Shown piece by piece: positions 45,730-52,200 of a DNA stretch of 64,000 nt. Every line of letters begins with the position of its first letter. Positions within the stretch are counted from its first letter, which is position 1. The notes under the pieces are model-generated. The model made no database searches. It was not told where the DNA came from and saw only the letters and a list, made by a program, of their open reading frames with translations. Source of the stretch: Phycisphaeraceae bacterium (GTDB lineage Bacteria > Planctomycetota > Phycisphaerae > Phycisphaerales > UBA1924). The translations under genes and the position numbers were made by a program. The stretch is taken from the NCBI GenBank assembly GCA_019636795.1, contig JAHBWW010000006.1, forward strand, positions 39,253-103,252, read 5' to 3'.

Positions 45730-46341
45730 ATGCCATACACACTATTTACATCTCCAGTCGGCTTTAACTGTATCGAGATGACTCGAACGCAGGCAAAGCA
45801 ATTTTTTGAGCATTTCATGAATCAAATGCCGGAGCGTATCCAAATGTTGAGCCTTGAAGTTCGTGAGACATCCGGTTTTGAGGCATGGATTCCGGATGGG
45901 AGTGAACAATCTGTTCTTGGACTTGGGTTATGGCTCAAAGATCAAGCCAAAGCTCGGGAACTCACTGAGGAAGACCGTCAACAAATTGGTATTATCGACG
46001 ACAATCCGCTAAACGAGTGGATTGCAAGAACTCACATCGAAATGTCTGCAAAAACTTACTCGTACAGCATAGATTCTGGCATGTACTTCGGGGAAATTAT
46101 TCGAACCCGTCATCCGGCTACCGCGTGGCGGATCGGGTCAAAACCTAAGCGCGGAGTGAATTATAATCGTCCAGTCGTTGCGACGGAGGATGATTATTTT
46201 ATTATTGATCCAGTTGGGTGGATAGCCAATAGTCTTCATGGCTATTTATTGTATCGTCATGGAGTACCCGGATACGCGTCTGCCAGGAATTTTGACTTGT
46301 TGCGTGACCTGCATGAAAGAGAGCGTCATATTCAGCGATAG
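45730..46341 (+). CDS. hypothetical protein encoded by a conspicuously AT-richer gene
   Basis: 203-aa ORF with an ATG start. Normal mixed composition (K, E, I, N, F, Y frequent), unlike neighbouring genes. No motif recognised. Confidence 0.6.
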   Translation: MPYTLFTSPVGFNCIEMTRTQAKQFFEHFMNQMPERIQMLSLEVRETSGFEAWIPDGSEQSVLGLGLWLKDQAKARELTEEDRQQIGIIDDNPLNEWIARTHIEMSAKTYSYSIDSGMYFGEIIRTRHPATAWRIGSKPKRGVNYNRPVVATEDDYFIIDPVGWIANSLHGYLLYRHGVPGYASARNFDLLRDLHERERHIQR

Positions 46342-46483
46342 GGATCGGAATTGATCAGTTTTACGAGCAATGATACGTATTGTCATTGCCCTTCTGATCT
46401 TGGTCTTTGTTTGTACAACGTTTCCTGATCTCTCTATCTCCCATGACGGCATGAACTGGCTAGTGTGGGTGTGCGTGGACGGC

Positions 46484-46554
46484 AGGTGGCACCGACCGTC
46501 GACTTGGATTGACTTCTTCGTGCCACCGACCGCGGCTTTAAGCGGTCGGTGTGT
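46484..46554 (-). repeat. REP-like element, copy 3 (inverted orientation, divergent spacer)
   Basis: Reverse complement: CACACCGACCGCTTAAAGCCGCGGTCGGTGGCACGaagaagtcaatccaagtcgaCGGTCGGTGCCACC. Confidence 0.85.
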
Positions 46555-46579
46555 TTTCGAGTGAGTCAGTTCGATCGGT

Positions 46580-47260
46580 TCATACATATCCCTCCCACAT
46601 GGCCCAGGCGCGGGGGTCGCCTGGCGGCCAATCGCATGGGACATCTGCTGGATCCTGCTCGTGGCTTCGCTGGCGTGCGAACCACCATCGCGCACTTGAC
46701 CAGCGCCAATCGAGCGGCGCTGCGACCAGACCTCGTGCGACCGGGTTGTGGTGTGTGTAGCGAATGGCTTTATTAAGTTCGGTCTGCTCGCGAACATTGC
46801 GGTCGAAGCCGCCGCCCTTCTGCCAGAATCGGGTCGCTCCATCGGCCCGGACGATCTCTGACGCGAGCGGATCGCCTGAGTGTCGAAGGAAACGAAGAAC
46901 ACGTTGCTGGATCGAGAGTTTAAGGGATTTGAGAACAGGAGCAAGCGGGGATCCGTCAGGTGGAATGAGGAGAAGGTGGGTGTGTTCGGGCATGGCGACC
47001 CAGGCCAGCAACTTGAAGCTCAGTCGGTCTCTGGCTTCGCGGAGCGAACGTGCGAAGAGATCGCGAGCGTCGGGGGAGCCGAGCAGCGGGAGCCGACGTT
47101 CGCAGGAGAATGTTATAAATCGGACGCCGCCCGGAACCTCGCGGCGGGTCATGTGTTTTCGTATGGGATGTGGACTACCGCTCGCATCCGAGGTTGTAGG
47201 CTTGGAGGAGGATGTGGCTTCAGGTCGGGGGTCGCTGTTCATCGCTGCAGCATACCGCAT
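46580..47260 (-). CDS. REP-associated tyrosine transposase (RAYT; IS200-like Y1 HUH transposase family)
   Basis: GGVRFITFSCERRLPLL, MPEHTHLLL (HUH), AIRYTHHNPVARGL (catalytic Tyr + HxNP), WRWSS. Start uncertain: ATG at 47260, 47242 or 47152; the track GTG is at 47320. Confidence 0.8.
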   Translation of the reverse strand: MRYAAAMNSDPRPEATSSSKPTTSDASGSPHPIRKHMTRREVPGGVRFITFSCERRLPLLGSPDARDLFARSLREARDRLSFKLLAWVAMPEHTHLLLIPPDGSPLAPVLKSLKLSIQQRVLRFLRHSGDPLASEIVRADGATRFWQKGGGFDRNVREQTELNKAIRYTHHNPVARGLVAAPLDWRWSSARWWFARQRSHEQDPADVPCDWPPGDPRAWAMWEGYV

Positions 47261-47317
47261 CCGTCGGAGGGGAAATGGATGTGCATTGCGGATGGAACGG
47301 GTTGAAGGTGGGGAAGG

Positions 47318-47380
47318 CACACCGACCGCTCAAAGCCGCGGTCGGTGGCACGGGGGATCGACGGTTTTGGTCGGTGCACC
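47318..47380 (+). repeat. REP-like element, copy 4
   Basis: CACACCGACCGCTCAAAGCCGCGGTCGGTGGCACGGGGGATCGACGGTTTTGGTCGGTGCACC. Abuts the 5' end of the RAYT ORF. Confidence 0.9.
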
Positions 47381-47390
47381 CGCCGGGGAG

Positions 47391-47461
47391 GGGATTGTTG
47401 GCAGGGGTGTTACAAGAGACCAAGACACACCGACCGCTCAGAGCCGCGGTCGGTGGCACGG
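47391..47461 (+). repeat. REP-like element, copy 5 (5' extension as in copy 1; only the first hairpin is present)
   Basis: GGGATTGTTGGCAGGGGTGTTACAAGAGACCAAGACACACCGACCGCTCAGAGCCGCGGTCGGTGGCACGG. Confidence 0.85.
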
Positions 47462-47737
47462 TGAGCGTGGATGGCGAGGGGTGGTTGGTGCCACAACGCT
47501 GTTGGCGCGGGAATCTGGAGTTGTGGGAGAGGGATGAGGCTTTGTGAACTTTCGTTTCCTCTGCCCCTTCGGGGCAGGGTTGGAGAGATGCGGGTCTGTT
47601 CCACGGGTTGCGCTGCGCCCGGCTGGGGCCGGGCTGCGCTTCACCCGTGGCTACAAGCCTTCGCCCCTTCGGGGCGAGGACGTGCGGGAGCGTAATGGGT
47701 ACGACTGCGCGAGCTGATCGGCTGCGAGTCGTGGCGC

Positions 47738-47870
47738 GCGAGGTGGGAGTTGGGGCACGCGAGGTGGGAGTTGTGGCACGCGAGGTGGGAGTTGTGGCAC
47801 GCGAGGTGGGAGTTGTGGCACGCGAGGTGGGAGTTGTGGCATGTGAGGTGGGAGTTGTGGCATGTGAGGG
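47738..47870. repeat. 21-bp tandem repeat array, about 6.3 units
   Basis: GCGAGGTGGGAGTTGTGGCAC repeated head-to-tail at 47738, 47759, 47780, 47801, 47822 and 47843, plus a partial unit. Variants occur only at unit edges (GGGGCAC, GGCAT, GTGAGG). Confidence 0.95.
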
Positions 47871-47962
47871 ACGGGTGTTGTCGCACCGAAGTCGCAGAGC
47901 CGACTTCGGTGGCACGCCGACATCGTGGCACGGGTCATGAGACGGTTCGAAAGGGCGAAGAC

Positions 47963-48025
47963 ACACCGACCGCTCAGAGCCGCGGTCGGTGGCACGGGGG
48001 ATCGACGGTTTTGGTTGGTGTCACC
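47963..48025 (+). repeat. REP-like element, copy 6
   Basis: CACACCGACCGCTCAGAGCCGCGGTCGGTGGCACGGGGGATCGACGGTTTTGGTTGGTGTCACC. Confidence 0.9.
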
Positions 48026-48048
48026 AGCCGGAGAGAGTGGTCGGAGAA

Positions 48049-48070
48049 CCCAGGGATTGGGATCCCTGGG
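48049..48070. repeat. palindromic hairpin repeat, copy a
   Basis: CCCAGGGAT-tggg-ATCCCTGGG embedded in GAGAACCCAGGGATTGGGATCCCTGGGCTTGGGGG. Confidence 0.9.
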
Positions 48071-48226
48071 CTTGGGGGTCGGGTGGGTTTGGTGTTGGGC
48101 ATCATGGATGTTCATGATGGGCCTTGGGCGGCGTATTGCAAGGGGTTTTGGAGGTTGGGTCGGGAACTTGCGAGCGTGGGGGGATGGGGGGAGATTTTGG
48201 GGAGGTCGGGTTGAAGTCGGGGAAGG

Positions 48227-48289
48227 CACACCGACCGCTCAGAGCCGCGGTCGGTGGCACGGGGATCGACGGTTTTGGTTGGTGTCACC
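48227..48289 (+). repeat. REP-like element, copy 7
   Basis: CACACCGACCGCTCAGAGCCGCGGTCGGTGGCACGGGGATCGACGGTTTTGGTTGGTGTCACC. Its 3' end supplies the stop codon of the PPTase ORF. Confidence 0.9.
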
Positions 48290-49172
48290 AGCCGGAGAGA
48301 GTGGTCGGAGAACCCAGGGATTGGGATCCCTGGGCTTGGGGGAGTGTGGTTGGAGAACCCAGGGATTGGGATCCCTGGGCTTGGGGGTCGGTGGCATGGG
48401 GAGGGTGGATGGCGAGTGCGGCGGTGTGGGCAGGGTCGGCGGGATCGAGTGCGAGGTTGGTCAGGTGGATGGGTGCGGGGCTCTTGAGCGCGTTGGGGCT
48501 GGGGAGCGCGACGGTATTGCGGCTGGGCAGTGCGACGGCACCTGGGCTTGGGGGAATGACGGTATTGGGGCTGGGGAGCATGATGGTATCGGGGCGGGTG
48601 TCGATGGTTTGGGGGTTGGTGGCGAAGCCGGTGCCGAGGGCTTTGAGGAGGGCTTCTTTGCGGGTCCAGAGTTGGAAGAAGTGCTGCGGTTGTGCGGTGG
48701 GCGGGAGTGCGGCGTGGGCTGCGAGTTCGTCCGGGTGCATGAAGATGCGGGCGGCGTCGAGGGTTGCGTGGGCGGGGTCGATGTGGGCCAGGTCGATGCC
48801 GAGGCGGCGGTGCGGGGCGAGCGCGAGGGCGGCGATGTTGCCAGCGGACGCGGTCGAGAGGTGGATGTGTGTGAGGTGATGGGGGGCGGTGATGGTGGGG
48901 CAGCCTAGGGCGTCGTGGGTGATGCGGATGTCGGCGGGGGCGAGGTTGAAGGTGCGGGCGATGAATTGGGTGCGCCACCAGCGGCGGCAGATGAAGCGGG
49001 CGCGGTGAAGACCAGAGCGCAGCGATGCGGCGCGGGTTTGCTCGGCTGGGTCGAGGGTTGCGGCGAGGGCGTCGAGGGGTTCGCTTATGGTGTCGAGCGC
49101 GATCATGGCGGTCAGGACGCCATCGAAGGGCTCGGGCAGCGCGAGGGGCGAGGTGGAGAGTGCGAAGGTCAC
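48285..49172 (-). CDS. Sfp-type 4'-phosphopantetheinyl transferase (with repeat-encoded C-terminal tail)
   Basis: RRLGIDLAHI and FFQLWTRKEALLKALGTG, the PPTase motifs. Lies 30 nt downstream of the NRPS stop. GTG start at 49172 (alternative ATG 49106). Confidence 0.85.
   Translation of the reverse strand: MTFALSTSPLALPEPFDGVLTAMIALDTISEPLDALAATLDPAEQTRAASLRSGLHRARFICRRWWRTQFIARTFNLAPADIRITHDALGCPTITAPHHLTHIHLSTASAGNIAALALAPHRRLGIDLAHIDPAHATLDAARIFMHPDELAAHAALPPTAQPQHFFQLWTRKEALLKALGTGFATNPQTIDTRPDTIMLPSPNTVIPPSPGAVALPSRNTVALPSPNALKSPAPIHLTNLALDPADPAHTAALAIHPPHATDPQAQGSQSLGSPTTLPQAQGSQSLGSPTTLSGW
48313..48334. repeat. palindromic hairpin repeat, copy b
   Basis: CCCAGGGAT-tggg-ATCCCTGGG. Confidence 0.9.
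48358..48379. repeat. palindromic hairpin repeat, copy c
   Basis: CCCAGGGAT-tggg-ATCCCTGGG. Confidence 0.9.
48498..48617. repeat. imperfect 24-bp tandem repeat x5 inside the PPTase ORF tail
   Basis: Units GCTGGGGAGCGCGACGGTATTGCG / GCTGGGCAGTGCGACGGCACCTGG / GCTTGGGGGAATGACGGTATTGGG / GCTGGGGAGCATGATGGTATCGGG / GCGGGTGTCGATGGTTTGGGGGTT. Confidence 0.7.
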
Positions 49173-49202
49173 GGGGGGATTGTTGGCGCGCGGGGGTTGG
49201 CT

Positions 49203-52200
49203 TCAGGTTGAGGAGGAGGTGTGAATGGGGGCGGGGGTGAGGATGCGGTCGAGTTCGCGTGCCAGGACGCCGGCGGAGCGCGGGCTAAAGAAGTTGAGAT
49301 GGTCGCAGGGGAGTGGATGGACGTTGAGCTCGCCGCGGGCGAAGTTTTCCCAGCCGAGGGCGTGGAGGTCTTTGTATTCGTCTTCCTGATGCTGGGCGCG
49401 GAGGAGGGAGATGGGTCCGGCCCAGGGGCGGGGGCGGTATTTGAAGTAGGCGGAGAGGTTGGCGAAGCGCACTGGCCAGGGGCGGAGGCGGCGCGGGATG
49501 GGGAGGTTGAAGCGTGCGCAGAGTTTGTAGGCGTTGCGTTCGACGGGGCCGATCCAGAGCGTTCGGAGGAAGTGGCGCGGGCCGGAGCGGAGTTGATAGA
49601 TGAAGCGTTTGCGGAGGGTGCGCTGGAGCGAGCGACCGGCGGCCTGTCGGAGGACTCGGGTGTCGATCATGATGATGCGTTCGACGGGCTGATCGAGTTG
49701 TGTGAGGCGGTGGGCGATTTCGAGTGCGATGGCGCCGCCGAGGGAGTAGCCGCCGAGGATGTAGGGGCCTTGCGGTTGGATGGTGCGGATGGCGTCGAGG
49801 TAATGATCGGCCATGTCTTCGATGGTGGTCAGCGGGGTTGCGTCGCCGTGGACACCGCGTGCCATGATGCCGTAGAGGGGCTGATCGGGGGAGAGGCCGG
49901 GGAGAAGGCGTTCGAGGAAGAGGACGTTGCCGTCCATGCCGTGGATGCAGAAGAAGGGGATGCGTGAGCCGGTGGTGCGGAAGGGGGCGATGACGGAGGT
50001 GTCGTGTGGGGATTGATTGCCTTCGATGAGGTCGCGCAGGGCGGCGGGGGTGGAGGCGCGGAGGAGGGCGGCGAGGGGGATGGTCTTTTTGAACTCGGCT
50101 TCGATGCGTGCGACGAGTTTGACGGCGAGGAGGGAGTGGCCGCCGAGGTCGAAGAAGGATTGAGCAGGGCCGACGGCGGGGAGGGCGAGGAGGGATTGGA
50201 AGATTTCGCAGATGCGGCGTGTGGTGGGATCGGTGATGGGCTCGGTGGTGATGATGTTGGTGGGGTCGGGGAGGGCGGTGCGGTTGAGTTTGCCGTTGGG
50301 GGTGCGCGGGAGGTGATCGAGGGGGATGAGTGCGGCGGGGAGCATGTAGTCGGGGAGGCGGCCTTTGAGGAAGCGGCGGATTTCGGGCGTGTGGTCGGTG
50401 GGCTCGGTGCTGCCGTTGGCTGGGACGAAGTAGGCGTGGAGTGCGGTGCCGGTGTGGGTGTTGCGCGCGATGACGGCGGCTTCGAGGACGGCGGGGTGCA
50501 TGCTGATGGTGTGTTCGACTTCGCCGAGTTCGACGCGGAAGCCTCGGATTTTGGTCTGGTTGTCGGCGCGGCCGAGGTATTCGAGGTTGCCTTGGTCGTT
50601 CCAGCGTGCGAGGTCGCCGGTGTTGAAGAGGGTTGATGCGTTGAGTTCGGGGATGGGGATGGGGTTGGGGTTGGGGAGGAAGCGTTCGGCGGTGAGGTCG
50701 GGGCGGTTGTGGTAGCCATCGGCGAGGCATGGTCCGGCGACGTGGATGATGCCGGGGACGTTGGGGGGGGTTGGGTGGAGGCGATGATCGAGGAGGGCGA
50801 TTTTGACGTTGGAGATGGGGCGGCCGATGGGAATGACACCGGCGTCGATGTCGGCGGAGGTGACGACGTGTGCGGTGGCGTCGGCGGCGATTTCGGATGA
50901 GCCGTAGAGGTTGATGAGTTCGACGTGCGGGAGTGCGGCGAGGAAGCGCTGGGCGCGGTTCCAGGAGAGTGCTTCGCCGCTGGAGACGCAGATGCGGAGG
51001 TGCGGGAGGTGTTTGTGGAGGTCTGGGTGTGTGTCGAGGATGGCTTCGAGGAGTGCGGGGACGACGGTGATGCGTGAGATTTTGTTTTTGCGGAGTGCGG
51101 CGACGAGTGCGCGTGGGTCTTTGACGGTTTGGTGTGGGAGGATGTTGATGGGGACGCCGGCGAGGAGTGGACCGAAGGCTTCCCAGACGTGATCGACGAA
51201 GTTGATGGTGGTCTGCCAGGAGGTGGTTTCGTTTGGTTGGAAGGGTCGCCAGTTCCACATCCATCGGAAGCGGTTGATGGCGCCGGCGTGTGTGCCGCGG
51301 ACGCCTTTGGGGAGGCCCGTGGAGCCGGAGGTGTAGGTGATGTAGGCGACGGTTGCGTCGGGCGATGGGAGGGGGGCGTTGGAGGGTTTGATGGTGGCGA
51401 TGTTGATGACGGTTGCGAGGCTGGGAGGGAGAACGGCGGCGGTGTCGGCGGTTGCGAGGACGAATGGGGGTGCGGCGTCGCGGAGGATGTGTTCGAGGCG
51501 TGCTGCGGGGTAGGTGGGATCGAGTGGGACGTAGCAGCAGTTGGCGCGGAGGACGCCGAGGAGGGCGGTGGGGAGCTGGAGCGATGGTTCGATGCAGACT
51601 GCGATGGGGGTGTTGGGCGAGACGCCGAGGGAGATGAGGTGGGCGGCGACTGCGGCGCTCTGGCGGTCGAGGGCGGCGTAGGTGAGCGAGGAGGAGTTGT
51701 ATCGGTATGCGGTGGCGTTTGGGGTTTTGCGGGCTTGCTCGGCGAAGAGGCTTTGGATGGTGGCGGGAGGGTTTGAGGCGATGGTTTGATTGGGGAGCGT
51801 GATGAGGCGAAGGCGATCGGCGTCGTCGGTGATTTCGATTGCGTCGATGGAGAGGGCCGGATCGGCGGCGAGGCGGCGCATGGTGCGCAGGGTGTCATCG
51901 AGGAGTTGGCGGACGAGTGCGGGATCGACGGCTGCGGTGTCGAATCGGGCTTCGATGTCGAATGTTTTCCATGGGGTGACCATGAGGGTGAGGGGGACGT
52001 CGGTCCAGCCGAAGGATTTTGGGGATTCGATGGAGATTGGTGATGCGCGGCCGGAGCGTGCGTCGTCGAGGGGGTAGTTGCCGAAGACGACGATGGAGTT
52101 GAAGAGTGGGGTGCGTGGTGGGAAGTGTGCGCAGCGGTGGATGTCGGAGAGGGGGGTTTGTTCGAAGCGGGTGGAGTCGGAGATTTGTTTCTGGATTGAG

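Noticed and set aside
47220-47966. 248-aa minus-strand ORF with SRATTPT heptad repeats, and the 110-aa plus-strand ORF with AREVGVV repeats
   Set aside because: Both exist only because the 21-bp tandem array is a multiple of three. The flanking parts are translated REP elements, so they are unlikely to be proteins.
45497-48400. Possible CRISPR array, given the many short repeats
   Set aside because: The ~63-bp repeats are irregularly spaced (35 bp to more than 700 bp apart), one copy is inverted, and they are strongly self-complementary. The 21-bp array has no spacers at all. No cas genes are present. A REP/BIME-type interpretation with the adjacent RAYT fits better.
49285-51898. Two long minus-strand ORFs (659 and 689 aa) in alternative frames of the terminal NRPS gene
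   Set aside because: They are off-frame translations of NRPS coding DNA (Pro/Arg/Thr/Ser-rich, no motifs). The in-frame product carries a complete set of C, A, T and TE motifs.
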